Positions 1-13,446 of a DNA stretch of 64,000 nt are shown in pieces. A program made the translations under genes and the position numbers. The notes below the pieces were generated by a model. That model saw nothing but the letters and a program-made list of their open reading frames with translations. It was not told the origin of the DNA and ran no database searches. Location: NCBI GenBank assembly GCA_950097015.1, contig CATNEN010000011.1:5952001-6016000 (forward strand). Reading direction: 5' to 3'. The stretch's first letter is position 1, and the number at the start of each line of letters is the position of its first letter. This stretch comes from Macrostomum hystrix. Its lineage: Eukaryota; Animalia; Platyhelminthes.

Positions 1-12
1 CAATCAGCAGGT

Positions 13-3000
13 TCAGTCGAGGTTGAAACTTCGCTGTCGACCCCGCACTCCCGAACTTCGAGCCAACACTGGGTCGCCCTGGCGGCCGTCTGTGGCCGTC
101 ACTACAATGCGCGGATTGTCGAGCGGCCCGGCTCCATCGCCGCCGAAGCGACCTTTGTTACGATCCTTATCGAAATCAAAACGATCGCTGCCTTTATCAA
201 AGCCCGAACCACTTCGACCGCTTCTGCTCAAGTCTGAGCGATCTTGGCCTCCGTCAAAGTTCAACCCGCTGCGACCTCCTCTGTTGAAGCTCAAACTGTC
301 TTGTCCTCTGTCAAAGCTCGCGCCGCCTCGACCGCTTTTGCTCAGGTCCGAGCGGTCTTGTCCTCGATCAAAGCTTGAGCCGCCTCGACCGCTTTTGCTC
401 AGGTCCGAGCGGTCTTGTCCTCGATCAAAGCTTGAGCCGCCTCGACCGCTTTTGCTCAGGTCCGAGCGGTCTTGTCCTCGATCAAAGCTTGAGCCGCCTC
501 GACCGCTTTTGCTCAGGTCCGAGCGGTCTTGTCCACGATCAAAGCTTGAGCCGCCTCGACCGCTTTTGCTCAGGTCCGAGCGGTCTTGTCCTCGGTCAAA
601 GCTTGAGCCGCCTCGACCGATTTTGCTCAGGTCCGAGCGGTCTTGTCCTCGGTCAAAGTTCGAGCCGCCTCGACCGCTTTTGCTCAGGTCCGAGCGGTCT
701 TGTCCTCGGTCAAAGTTCGAGCCGCCTCGACCGCTTTTGCTCAGGTCCGAGCGGTCTTGTCCTCGGTCAAAGTTCGAGCCGCCTCGACCGCCTTTGCTCA
801 GGTCTGAACGGTCCTGACCATTTTCTAGTCGACCCGAGCCTAGAGCAGCGAGGTCGTCTTCATCGCGAGCGATTCGACCAAAGCGTGAGAATCGGTCTTT
901 GTCGGCGTCAAAGCGATCCAGATTTCGATCTAGGTTGCGCGGACTTTGCCTCAGGCCCTTGTCAGAGTCTGTCCGTCCACGTCCCCTCTCGAGGTCCGGC
1001 GGGCTCCTAGACTCTGCACGACCGCGGCTTCTGTCCCAGTCTCGAGGGCTGCGCTTGAGATCGCTTTCAAAGTCTGTTGCTCTGGCTGCTCGCCTGTCAG
1101 AATCAAGGCCTCCGCTTGGCTTCTTGTCCGGCAGTGGCTTCTTATCTGTCGCTGATTTTTCCTGGCTGGGTCGGGCATTCAGACTGCGGCCTGGAATTTT
1201 ATCCGAATTCTGGCGACTCCGATCATCCAGAAGATTCCTGGGACTGCGCTTTTGATCCTTGTCAAGCGGAAGCTCTTCTGCGGCCCTGGTGGATCGCTTT
1301 GCTTCAAGACTTCCACTGACCCGTCTCTCCGGATGCTTCTTGTCGGGTGACTTCTCACTGTCGAGAGTCTTTTTGCGAAGCTTCGACTTGCCAAATGCGT
1401 CCAGCGAGCTCTCACTGTCGGATGAGACACGGCTGGTGCGACTCAACATCTTCTTTTTGTCCAACGGCGCCGGCGACTTGCTCAGCGGTCGCCGCTTTCG
1501 GCTTGCGGCATCAGACGATGAAGATGAACCCGAGGAGCTGGTAGAAGTGGCGCGACCTCGAGACGACTTGGAGCGGTCATTGGACTTCCTTGGGCCAGCT
1601 CGTTTCTGCTCCTGCAGCTTCCTGCGCTTCTTCTCCAGCAATTTTTTATTCTTCTCCTCCTCAGCGCGCTGCTTCTCCAGCAACTCCTGGCGGATGCGTT
1701 CAAAGCTCTCATTGTCGCTGCGCAGACGCAGGTCCTTGAACAGAAATTTACCGGCATCAGAAGCCTGCAGCTCCACAGATTTGTCCTTTTTTAGCCAAGA
1801 ATCGTCTTTGCTGCGCGGAGCGAACGACACCTGAACGGCGTAGGGCAGGCGAACGCAGCCGTGCTCGGGATTGTAATCATCGTGCGACTTCACCGAGTCA
1901 TTTGAGTCGCTGCTTGTTGCTTCGCTCTCGCTTTTAGTCGAGTCACCATCTTGGTCGCTGCTGCTCGGCATTGAACTCTTGAGGCTGGATCTTCGGCGGC
2001 TGAGGCCAAAAACTCCCGCACTGTCGTCGACGGTATCTTTGGAGGAGAACCGGTCTTTGCCTGTCTTTTTCTGTCGTTTTTTGTCTGCCGTCTTGCCGTT
2101 GTCTCGAGCTTTTTTTCGCTCCTCCATTTTTTGCTTTTTGCGCAGCTTCTCGGCCGCCTCAAAGAGAATCTTGCCCTTGTCCTGTGTGAGGCCATCCGGC
2201 ATCTTGTTTGAGAACTGCAGGCGCTGCAGGTACTTCAGAATCTCGTCCATCACCAGGTACTTCGTGACGATGATCTGGAAAGTAAGACAGTTTAGATTGT
2301 GTATTGATTCAAGACTCAGCTATCAATTGGAAAGTATAGGTATCGACTGAAGAGTCTAATAGGTATCGACTGAAGAGTCTAATAGGTATCGACTGAAGAG
2401 TCTAATAGGTATCGACTGAAGAGTCTAATAGGTATCGACTGAAGAGTCTAATAGGTATCGACTGAAGAGTCTAATAGGTATCGACTGAAGAGTCTAATAG
2501 GTATCGACTGAAGAGTCTAATAGGTATCGACTGAAGAGTCTAATAGGTATCGACTGAAGAGTCTAATAGGTATCGACTGAAGAGTCTAATAGGTATCGAC
2601 TGAAGAGTCTAATAGGTATCGACTGAAGAGTCTAATAGGTATCGACTGAAGAGTCTAATAGGTATCGACTGAAGAGTCTAATAGGTATCGACTGAAGAGT
2701 CTAATAGGTATCGACTGAAGAGTCTAATAGGTATCGACTGAAGAGTCTAATAGGTATCGACTGAAGAGTCTAATAGGTATCGACTGAAGAGTCTAATAGG
2801 TATCGACTGAAGAGTCTAATAGGTATCGACTGAAGAGTCTAATAGGTATCGACTGAAGAGTCTAATAGGTATCGACTGAAGAGTCTAATAGGTATCGACT
2901 GAAGAGTCTAATAGGTATCGACTGAAGAGTCTAATAGGTATCGACTGAAGAGTGCAAGAACCTATTTAAAAGGCCAAAATTTGAGGCTTTTAAATTATAA

Positions 3001-6000
3001 GAAAGCGTTTTTCTCGCACATACTTTAAACTTGTGCTTTCATCGTGAGAAGAATGAAATATTTCTAGAAAAGACACAACACATATCTCGTAACGCGTAAT
3101 AAAACTATTCGAAACAATTCTAAAAAATTGAAGGTAAATTTGAACAACACCGAATGAGTTCTTGCGAAAAAAACAATTCTTAGATCAAACTTGGTTTTAC
3201 CTTCTGTTGAAGCCGAATTTTAGTTGAAATGGAGGTGAAGAAAGGCTTAACAGTGTTTGTATTCAAATTCTTGCATCTAGTCAAACTACTTGTAAGTAGC
3301 AACAATAGCATATCACGCATCCACTTAGTCTTACCCCGTCCATTTGCCAGTCGGGTGCCACGCCTTTGCCGGAGATTGACACCTTCAGCTTCACTGGGGT
3401 GTCGATGACGCGGGCAGTCTACGAAGTTTCAGCAGAAGTTAGCATAAAATTACTGTACTGGACAAAATACTTGTACTACACTGAAGAATTTTGATGACAG
3501 AACACTGAAGGACCTTGATGACAGAACACTGAAGGACCTTGATGACAGAACACTGAAGGACCTTGATGACAGAACACTGAAGGACCTTGATGACAGAACA
3601 CTGAAGGACCTTGATGACAGAACACTGAAGGACCTTGATGACAGAACACTGAAGGACCTTGATGACAGAACACTGAAGAATCTAGATTACAGAACACTGA
3701 AGAATCTAGATTACAGAACACTGAAGAATCTAGATTACAGAACACTGAAGAATCTAGATTACAGAACACTGAAGAATCTAGATTACAGAACACTGAAGAA
3801 TCTAGATTACAGAACACTGAAGGACCTTGATTACAGAACACTGAAGGACCTTGATGACAGAATACTTATTGTCAGACAGACCAAACGACAATCAAGTGAT
3901 CGACTGTAGTGACGGTAGAATTCGACATCAAACTGGTACAGAACAAACTGAATTAGACTATTCAGATTATGCTATACGAGCTATATGAATACAACAGAGA
4001 AAAAAGATATGAAGTGAAAGATCTGTAGATATTATGAATGGGTGTTACAACACTTAAGACAATACTCGTGTAGATGATACCTTCGTCGTGTATGCTGTCA
4101 CTTTCTGTGTACAAATTCAATAACTTAATAATGTGAGTTTGCAGCAAGTGTAGAGTGGATGCTATTGTTAAGCAGATGACAATAGGTGGCTGGCTCACCT
4201 CCGTTATTGTGTCTGTTTTTCCTTTCTCAAACTTGCTTTTGTCTTCGTCTTTGAGTTCGATGTCGCAACGTCGGCCCTCTTTGTCAAAAAGCGACAGGTA
4301 GATGGTGGAGTCGGTGCCAGCGAAGTCCTTCCTGCCAGTCTTTGTCACAATCTGGTACTGGGTGGTCTGGCTGTAGACGGCGCCTGATATGAAAGATTAG
4401 ATGGTAGAGGATAATCAAGGATGGTAGAGGATAATCAAGGATGGTAGAGGATAATCAAGGATGGTAGGGGATAATCAAGGATGTTAAAGGATAATCAAGG
4501 ATGGTAGAGGATAATCAAGGATGGTAGAGGATAATCAAGGATGGTAGAGGATAATCAAGGATGTTAAAGGATAATCAAGGATGGTAGAGGATAATCAAGG
4601 ATGGTAGAGGATAATCAAGGATGGTAGAGGATAATCAAGGATGGTAGAGGATAATCAAGGATGGTAGAGGATAATCAAGGATGGTAGAGGATAATCAAGG
4701 ATGGTAGAGGATAATCAAGGATGGTAGAGGATAATCAAGGATGTTAAAGGATAATCAAGGATGGTAGGGGATAATCAAGGATGGTAGAGGATAATCAAGG
4801 ATGGTAGGGGATAATCAAGGATGGTAGAGGATAATCAAGGATCGTAGAGGATAATCAAGGATGGTAGGGGATAATCAAGGATTGTAGAGGATAATCAAGG
4901 ATGGTAGAGGATAATCAAGGATGGTAGGGAATAATCAAGGATGGTAGAGGATAATCAGGGATGGTAGAGGACAATCAAGGATGGTAGGGGATAATCAAGG
5001 ATGGTAGAGGATAATCAAGGATGGTAGAGGATAATCAAGGATGGTAGAGGATAATCAAGGATGGTAGAGGATAATCAAGGATGGTAGAGGATAATCAAGG
5101 ATGGTAGAGGATAATCCAGGATGGTAGAGGATAATCAAGGATGGTAGAGGATAATCAAGGATGGTAGAGGATAATCAAGGATGGTAGAGGATAATCCAGG
5201 ATGGTAGAGGATAATCAAGGATGGTAGAGGATAATCAAGGATGGTAGAGGATAATCAAGGATGGTAGAGGATAATCAAGGATGGTAGAGGATAATCAAGG
5301 ATAGTAGAGGATAATCAAGGATGGTAGAGGATAATCAAGGATGGTAGAGGATAATCAAGGATGTTAAAGGATAATCAAGGATGGTAGAGGATAATCAAGA
5401 ATGTTAAAGGATAATCCAGGATGGTAGGGAATAATCAAGGATTGTAGAGGATAATCAAGGATGGTAGAGGATAATCCAGGATGGTAGAGGATAATCAAGG
5501 ATTGTAGAGGATAATCAAGGATGGTAGAGGATAATCAAGGATGGTAGAGGATAATCAAGGATGGTAGAGGATAATCAAGGATGGTAGAGGATAATCAAGG
5601 ATGGTAGAGGAAAATCAAGGATGGTAGAGGATAATCAAGGATGGTAGAGGATAATCAAGGATGGTAGAGGATAATCAAGGATGGTAGAGGATAATCAAGG
5701 ATGGTAGAGGATAATCAAGGATTGTAGAGGATAATCAAGGATGGTAGAGGATAATCCAGGATGGTAGAGGATAATCAAGGATGGTAGAGGATAATCAAGG
5801 ATGGTAGAGGATAATCAAGGATGGTAGAGGATAATCAAGGATGGTAGGGGATAATCAAGGATGGTAGGGGATAATCAAGGATGGTAGAGGATAATCAAGG
5901 ATGGTAGGGGATAATCAAGGATGGTAGAGGATAATCAAGGATGGTAGAGGATAATCAAGGATGGTAGAGGATAATCAAGGATGGTAGAGGATAATCAAGG

Positions 6001-9000
6001 ATTGTAGAGGATAATCAAGGATGGTAGAGGATAATCAAGGATTGTAGAGGATAATCAAGGATGGTAGAGGATAATCAAGGATGGTAGAGGATAATCAAGG
6101 ATGGTAGAGGATAATCAAGGATGGTAGAGGATAATCAAGGATGGTAGAGGATAATCAAGGATGGTAGGGGATAATCAAGGATGGTAGGGGATAATCAAGG
6201 ATGGTAGAGGATAATCAAGGATAGTATCAAGGATAGTAGAGGATAATCAAGGATGGTAGAGGATAATCAAGGATAATAGAGGATAATCAAGGATGGTAGG
6301 GGATAATCAAGGATGGTAGGGGATAATCAAGGATGGTAGAGGATAATCAAGGATAGTATCAAGGATAGTAGAGGATAATCAAGGATGGTAGAGGATAATC
6401 AAGGATGGTAGAGGATAATCAAGGATGGTAGGGGATAATCAAGGATAGTATCAAGGATAGTAGAGGATAATCAAGGATAGGAGAGGATAATCATGGATTG
6501 TAGAGGATAATCAAGGATGGTAGGGGATAATCAAGGATAGTATCAAGGATGGTAGAGGATAATCAAGGATAGGAGAGGATAATCATGGATTGTAGAGGAT
6601 AATTAGGGATAGCAGTGAACTATCTATGACAATTACGAGTAAATAGCAGTTATTAAAAAATCCAGAATTTTTCCCCAGCACTCAAGCCGGCCTCACCCAT
6701 TCCGTCTTTGACATCCTTGACAGTCCAGAACTCTTTGGCGGGTTCTTCTTCATTCAGCCATTCGGAGATTGTGAATAGCCATTTCTGCCCAGTTTTGATG
6801 TCCTTCACAATCACCTGGTCGATGAACCAGGTTCTTGAGCTGAAAAACATAGAAAATGTGCAAAATTATGTCTAACGTTTCTCTTCATTGAGGTAATTTA
6901 TCAAGTCAAGATTTCTCACCTCTCCCTGTCTGTTCTTATTGTCTTTTTGACCGACTTGTCAGTAGACGAGCGAACGTTTTTAGTGTCCAGTTCAAGCCTG
7001 GAAATAATTGAACATGAGAACTGGTTGGAAGTGAACTCACTGCTCAAGGACACACAGGAAGTGAACTCACTGCTCAAGGACACACAGGAAGTGAACTCAC
7101 TGCTCAAGGACACACAGGAAGTGAACTCACTGCTCAAGGACACACAGGAAGTGAACTCACTGCTCAAGGACACACAGGAAGTGAACTCACTGATTAAGAA
7201 CTCACAGGAAGTGAACTCACTGCTCAAGGACACACAGGAAGTGAACTCACTGCTCAAGGACACACAGGAAGTGAACTCACTGCTCAAGGACACACAGGAA
7301 GTGAACTCACTGATTAAGAACTCACAGGAAGTGAACTCACTGCTCAAGAACTCACAGGAAATGAACTCACTGCTCAAGGACACTCAGGAAGAGAACTCAC
7401 TGCTCAAGAACTCACAGGAAGTGAACTCACTGCTCAAGGACACACAGGAAGTGAACTCACTGCTCAAGGACACACAGGAAGTGAACTCACTGCTCAAGGA
7501 CACACAGGAAGTGAACTCACTGATCAAGGACACACAGGAAGTGAACTCACTGCTCAAGGACACACAGGAAGTGAACTCACTGATTAAGAACTCACAGGAA
7601 GTGAACTCACTGCTCAAGAACTCACAGGAAATGAACTCACTGCTCAAGGACACTCAGGAAGAGAACTTTTTGCCCGCTCTATCGGCTCTATCGACTTACC
7701 GAATCCCTTTGAGATCGCCGAAATCCTCAACGTACAGCTCAAAGACATCTTTTCCACCTGGCTGGAAAACTCCCCTACTGTCGCCTCCGCCTTCCTCAAC
7801 GGGTCGGCGCAGCTCGTGACGTCCTCGAGCTCCGCGGTGGCCCAGCAGGCTGATGTAAACTCGACAGTCGGTTCCAGATGTTGCCTTTCTGCCAGTGTGG
7901 GTGGTGACGAGGATGCCGCGGCCATTGTTAGCGACGCTTCTGGCAGTGGTGGTTGGAGGTAGGCGGATTTTCTCGCGACGACCCGCGCGTAGCCAGCTGT
8001 CAATGTTGAAGTGGTACTCCATACCCAGGGCGTAGTCCTTGACGCTCACCTGCGAATAAAACAACAATTTATCAGGTAATGACGAAAGTTATGGGATTCA
8101 GTTTGAAATTCAGAAAATGAAATTTCCGCACCGACTCAAGCAGCCACCTGTGCCGCTGCGGCTTGGCTTCGCTGCTGCCAGATTTCACCCCCGCCAGCTG
8201 TGCAGGAGCCGCCGCCTCCTCAGCAATTTCCATGGCAACGGTCAGGTCGGTGAGGCGGCCAATTTTCGGTCCGCGAATATGAAAAACCTCCGTGCTGCCG
8301 CTATCGAAAAAGAAGGCCAACGAGCCGAACTTCTTGGCCAGTCGAGCGCGACTCAACGTGTCCTTCTCTCCGCGTAGGGTTATGTACACCTGCATGCACG
8401 AAATTTTACATAAATTAATGGTACACGTACATGGTCTTCAGTTGAAAATTTCTGCGCTCGTACATTGGGGGAGACCAGATGTGCATTCCGGGTTTCGGTT
8501 AGGTCGTAAGAAAGCAAATCTGCATTCTGGATACTGATTGGAGGAGACCAGGTGTACATTCTCGATACTAATTGGAGGAGACCAGGTGTACATTATGGAT
8601 ACTGATTGGAGGAGACCTGGTGTACATTCTAGATACTGATTGGAGGAGACCAGGTGTACATTCTGGATACTGATTGGAGGAGACCAGGTGTACATTCTGG
8701 ATACTGATTGGAGGAGACCAGGTGTACATTCTGGATACTGATTGGAGGAGACCAGGTGTACATTCTGGATACTGATTGGAGGAGACCAGGTGTACATTCT
8801 GGATACTGATTGGAGGAGACCAGGTGTACATTCTGGATACTGATTGGAGGAGACCAGGTGTACATTCTTGGTTTGAGTTAGGTTTGAAGAAAGCTAATAT
8901 TAATTCTGTATTGTTATTGAAGGAGAGCAGATATACATTCTTGGTTTGGGTTGGGTCAGAAGAGAGCAGATGTACATTCGGGGTTTGGGTTGGGTCAGAA

Positions 9001-9963
9001 GAGAGCAGATGTACATTCTGGATTGTGATTGGAGGAGAGCAGATGTGGTGAATAGCGACATAAAGTTCATCTCACAGGTGCAGAACAGGCGGCTTTGATA
9101 TCTGCGCCGGTCTTGATAGTAACTCGGTACAGGCACTCTTTGCTCTCCGGCTTTGGAGGCTGCGGCTTGGGCGGCACAAACGGAACCGGGGCCTCGTAAG
9201 GAATTCGCTTCTTGCCGTGAATCTTTTTCTGCGAATGAGAATAGATTCAATGCTTAATTGTTAAATAGCATAGGAGATCAGTAAAACAACTGTTCCGTTT
9301 ATAGGAAAGTTAAAAAAATCTAGATTTTTACATTTCTAGTCAAGTTTTTAAAGCGGTTAGTGGAGTAACGACAAAAAGTTTCTTTTCTAGAGCTGATTTA
9401 GCCCTTAAAATTTAATTGGTTATTGCTTATACCAATCAATTTTTTTAACTAATTTACCTTCGGAGATAAAGCGATCTACCAATGACCTTCTCGTCAAGAA
9501 TCAGTCCGTATTCAATGTTTTTTATTTGCATTTATTTTTTTAGGTTTTTATTGCTTTTTTGAACTTTTTGAAGCCGTCTATTAACAGTCGGACTACCTAG
9601 CCATTTTTCCGAGAAATTCCCCGCTAGAAATTATTTCACTTACCTCAGTCTTCATCAGGTGCTTCCTATGCTGCTCAATTGTTGAGCACAGGTAGCAGAA
9701 CGGATTGTCTAAAAAATTCAGTCGCAGAATTCAGAAGTATTCAGAATATTTTAAGTTTAATAGGTAAGGATGAAAAACGACTCAGTTAATCTTCGCTCAT
9801 AAACGGATGGTTCTACTATTTAGTAGGCTAATTCCACGACCTATTTTTTGTACTATTTACCTTCGAATTCGCCGTGCGCAGTCGGCGAGTCCTCGTATTC
9901 GCCGGCCCCAGCCGGTGCGGTGAACAGCCGGCCGCCGCTGTCCTTCGGCATCCTGGTGAACAT
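13..9963 (-). CDS. Multi-exon protein with three PLAT/LH2 domains and a long low-complexity charged C-terminal tail (~1226 aa from ATG 9963)
   Basis: Phase-consistent exons: 9963-9861, 9708-9644, 9228-9076, 8389-8132, 8049-7700, 6997-6920, 6839-6697, 4383-4199, 3418-3335, 2274-13 (TGA 15-13). PLAT-like starts YRVTIKTGADIKAACSAPVYITLRG, ILVTTHTGRKATSGTDCRVYISLLG and YQIVTKTGRKDFAGTDSTIYLSLFD; PLAT-like ends WLLESV, WFIDQVIV and WQMDGIIV. The 5' end is uncertain because an acceptor near 10020 could extend the gene upstream. Confidence 0.8.
255..830 (-). repeat. Coding 57-bp tandem repeat (19 aa, GQDRSDLSKSGRGGSSFDR) x ~10 in the last exon of the PLAT gene
   Basis: Repeats read in frame within ORF 13..2253. 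Confidence 0.9.
2337..2952. repeat. Intronic 23-bp minisatellite (GGTATCGACTGAAGAGTCTAATA), ~27 near-perfect copies
   Basis: Direct periodicity. Confidence 0.95.
3478..3862. repeat. Intronic 24-bp minisatellite, two variant blocks
   Basis: GACAGAACACTGAAGGACCTTGAT and TACAGAACACTGAAGAATCTAGAT units. Confidence 0.95.
4400..6600. repeat. Intronic 20-bp minisatellite (GGATGGTAGAGGATAATCAA), ~110 copies
   Basis: Direct periodicity. Confidence 0.95.
7030..7666. repeat. Intronic 30-bp minisatellite
   Basis: GAAGTGAACTCACTGCTCAAGGACACACAG unit. Confidence 0.95.
8470..9050. repeat. Intronic 34-bp minisatellite with degenerate flanking copies
   Basis: GGTGTACATTCTGGATACTGATTGGAGGAGACCA unit. Confidence 0.9.
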
Positions 9964-10065
9964 CACCGCTAGATTCCTGGGGTCCGCCGACTTTGCTAGT
10001 CGATGAATTTCTCCTTCGGCTATAGAGATGGTTCGTTTTGGGCATTTTCTAGTTTATAGACAATC

Positions 10066-10356
10066 TGATATAGGAGATCGACCTGCAGCCAGCGAGGAGG
10101 CAATTCCGCCCATAGCTGACTCCTGAGCACACACTCACACAGGTGTGTACATCTGCCCTGACTTTCTCATCGTCAGGCAGTGTACACTCTCACTGTGCCT
10201 TGAAGGTTGGCCCTCAAGGGCGTGACTTGCGCGGCAAGCCCCCAAGCCTTCTCTCCGCGGCTGCGCCCCAAATGAAAGTGGCCTCGCTGCTTTCTCAGGG
10301 ATCTCAGGGACCTTGGCGCGAGATGCAAACGCATTAACCCTGCCACTGCTACCCGC
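10066..10356 (-). mobile_element. tRNA-derived SINE, copy 1, with 12-bp target-site duplication
   Basis: TTATAGACAATC at 10054-10065 and 10357-10368. The body is the reverse complement of the element at ~63603-63887. A-box-like TAGCAGTGG is present; the B box is disrupted. Confidence 0.8.
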
Positions 10357-12387
10357 TTATAGACAATCAGTAAAGATCGAAACATAGTGGCATGGTGGAC
10401 AACTAGTGACCATTTTTACGATATTTACTTTATCCATCGAAAATAATAAAAAGCACATTCAGAAAATTAGTAAATCGCCGCTTTTAATAATAATTTTTTG
10501 TTTGACATTGTTTTTTAAACAAAATATTCAGTTAACTATTTTTGATATATTTATAATTCTTTACCTAGCTTTAAATTATGCTGATGGTGATGAACACAAA
10601 TATATTAAAACAAGAAATAAAAATTATTCTTTTCATGATCTACGTGTGCAAATATTGTGCTAAGTGCAACACAATTATATAGAATAGAATGCTCATAGAA
10701 TCAGGCAGAATGACAGGATGACTATCGCCGGCTTACAATATATTTGATTCAATAATCTACTATTTATAGTTTTAAAAAAAACGTCGTTAAGGTGTCCTGT
10801 GCAGAGTGCATCATGATTTTAACATCATTGGTTTTTTCATACTACGAGTAATATTCTTTTTACACTAGGAAACAAATTATATGCATGTGTTTCCTCAGAT
10901 TTTTTCATAATTCTCATTTTTGTACAAAATCTGGGTTCTCAAAAGTGTTTTTTAATAGAAAGCGTAATAAGAAAATTTACCGTTCTTGATTTCTAGTGAT
11001 ATTGATAGAAAATTTAGAACTCCCACATATAAATAAGTTTTTCCTTAAATTTAACTTCATTGTGTGCAATCAAAATATTTTTTATAATACATCAGAAATT
11101 TGACTATAATGACTCATGACAAGACTTACTTTGAGACTGCTTGATGACAGCATCATACTGTTTCATTTTGTCTAGCTCGTCAACATGATCTTTAAGAAGT
11201 TCCAGATACAGTTGATTGTCTTTACAGAAGTCAGTTAAATTATCAGAATACAACTGAACTTCTCGCCGTCTACTAAACTCCATTGCTTTTTTTAATTTTT
11301 TCTATTTTCTATGCTGATGGACTCGATGGAGCCATGAAATATATTATATTGCGAGCACTTTTTTACCCACTAACAATTGTTGTGAATTTCTTATACTTAA
11401 AAAATAACCGACCAAGCAGCTAACTTATTAGCAATCTGATAAGTACAACAATATTTGTGTATTTTTTATTTATTAAAATGTTAAATCATTGCCTATGTGC
11501 TGTCAATGGTCTCTACTTATTTCTTTGATGTCAATAACAAGTAACTTTTGTTTAACTATATAATATTAATCCGGAGTATAGCTTTGTTACTCGAACGCTA
11601 TAATTTTTCTGCGGTCGTTTCGTGCTAGAACTCGATTGCTAGTTCTGTTTAGTGTGCTTATCGAGCGTAAAATTATTCAAAATACAAATTAGCTTCAAGT
11701 TTCGACGTTAGTCCTTCTAAAATAAATTAGTTTCTATTTTTTTGTGCATGCATATATAAACATTTTCTACACAACTTCTACACAATAATAAATATCCGAG
11801 TGTTTTCAGATGAATTTTAGACATTCATGCAATATATGCATGACTACAATTAAAAAATGAAATGCAAGTCCGGTTCTTCATCAGTTTCTTGTATTACGTT
11901 TTTAATGCATTGCTGTACACTCATTTTTAAACATACACACGTGTACTACTTTACAATTTTGCAATGAAAGGAATATTTTTAGCAAGCGAACGGTAGCCAA
12001 ACAACAGGTTGACTAACAAATTTCATGATAACGACAGCCAAAATAATTGACAATTTTCATTTACACTGGATGCCCAGTCAGCAGGGTTAAGTCGAAGAGT
12101 CGATTAGGCCAGAAGATCTCATACTCTAGCTAAATAACTTCAGTCTTTTTAATTATAAAGCCTGGGAAATGTGCAACAAATAGGTTCATTATATCATCTC
12201 GAAATACTTAAAGTCAAGTTTAAAACCGACCCCGCAATGTCGGCTATCGAAAACTATTTTCTGCTAAAAATGGAAATCATTAAATATTCTAGACTAGCAA
12301 AAACTCAAAATTTACAAAGAATAGACTTTATGCAAAAATATGTAAACAAGCTACTTAAAAAGCTGCGTTTGTACAGTTAAAAAACTT

Positions 12388-12831
12388 TCATATTGGTTCT
12401 GAATGAGCTTCTGTTGATCTAGTCGACATTAAGACAGAAATACGTTTGTTCTCACGATCAGCCGCCAAAAGCAGCTCACGCGAAGCTTCAGTCACCATCG
12501 CCAGACCGACTGGATGAAAGAGTCTGCTATCACCGCTACCACGCTGGTAAGGGACGCCAAGAGTCCAGAGCAGCGAACCGTCGCTACCTACCACCGCTCG
12601 CACTGAGTGACTCTGCCATTCACTCACGAACAGGCGGCCTCTCCTGTCAACCGCCAGGCCTTCTGGCCAAGCAAACTCTTTGAGGCCGCAACGCTCAGTC
12701 GGGTGGGAGGCGACCACCTGCTGGGTGTCAATGCGCACTTTGTGCACCTGATTGTGCTTCCAGTCTGTCACCAGAATGCAGTTGTCCTGAATCACCAGGT
12801 TTCTAAGTTGAGCATCAAGTAGCTCAGATAG
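12388..12831 (-). pseudogene. 5'-truncated duplicate of the C-terminal NHL repeats of the neighbouring gene
   Basis: Translates LSELLDAQLRNLVIQDNCILVTDWKHNQVHKVRIDTQQVVASHPTERCGL..., colinear with the C-terminus of ORF 13447..15057. Homology stops at the edge of the purine-rich repeat. Confidence 0.75.
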
Positions 12832-12834
12832 CTC

Positions 12835-13216
12835 CTCTTTCCTCCTCCTTCCTCCTCCTTCCTCCCTTTCTCCTTCCTTCTCCTTCCTCCTTCCTCCTTC
12901 CTTCCTCCTTCCTTCCTCCTTCCTTCCTCCTTCCCCTTCTCCTTCCTCCTTCCTCCTTCCTCCCTTTCTTCTTCCTCCTTCCTCCTCCTCCCTCCTTCTT
13001 CCTTCCTTCCTTCTCCTTCCTCCTTCCTTCCTCCTTCCTCCTTCCTCCCTTCCTTCCTCCTTCCTCCTTCCTCCTTCCTTCCTCCTTCCTCCTTCCTTCC
13101 TCCTTCCTTCCTCCTTCCTCCTTCCTTCCTCCTTCCTCCTTCCTTCCTCCTTCCTCCTTCCTCCTTCCTCCTCCCTTCATCCTTCCTTCCTCCTTCCCCC
13201 TTCGTCCTTCCTCCTT
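12835..13216. repeat. Polypyrimidine/polypurine simple repeat (TTCC/CTCC-rich)
   Basis: Direct inspection. Confidence 0.95.
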
Positions 13217-13446
13217 AGAAAAACATTCCAAAAAACAAATAACAAAAACAAATTATAACAATGACACGCTATATTGTTAGATTTTATCATTTACATGCCT
13301 AATTACCACATACATTTATTCACATATTCAATCAAATAGTACTAACTGCTCCTCTCCTTAAAACTTCTAACGCATAAACAAAAGACCCTATTCACCGAAA
13401 CACTCCTGCAAAGTCTCTGCTTCATCTACGCTCACTCACTGACGAC

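Noticed and set aside
23-1834. Plus-strand ORFs overlapping the PLAT gene's last exon
   Set aside because: Antisense shadows of a GC-rich, repetitive coding exon.
2337-2952. Highly regular 23-bp array superficially like a CRISPR repeat
   Set aside because: There are no unique spacers; it is a pure head-to-tail repeat in a eukaryotic intron. The same applies to all other arrays.
10150-10190. CTGACGA...GAAA resembling a hammerhead ribozyme core in the SINE tail
   Set aside because: There is no room for stem II, CTGAC pairs with the downstream GTCAG as a plain hairpin, and copy 2 reads CCGACGA.
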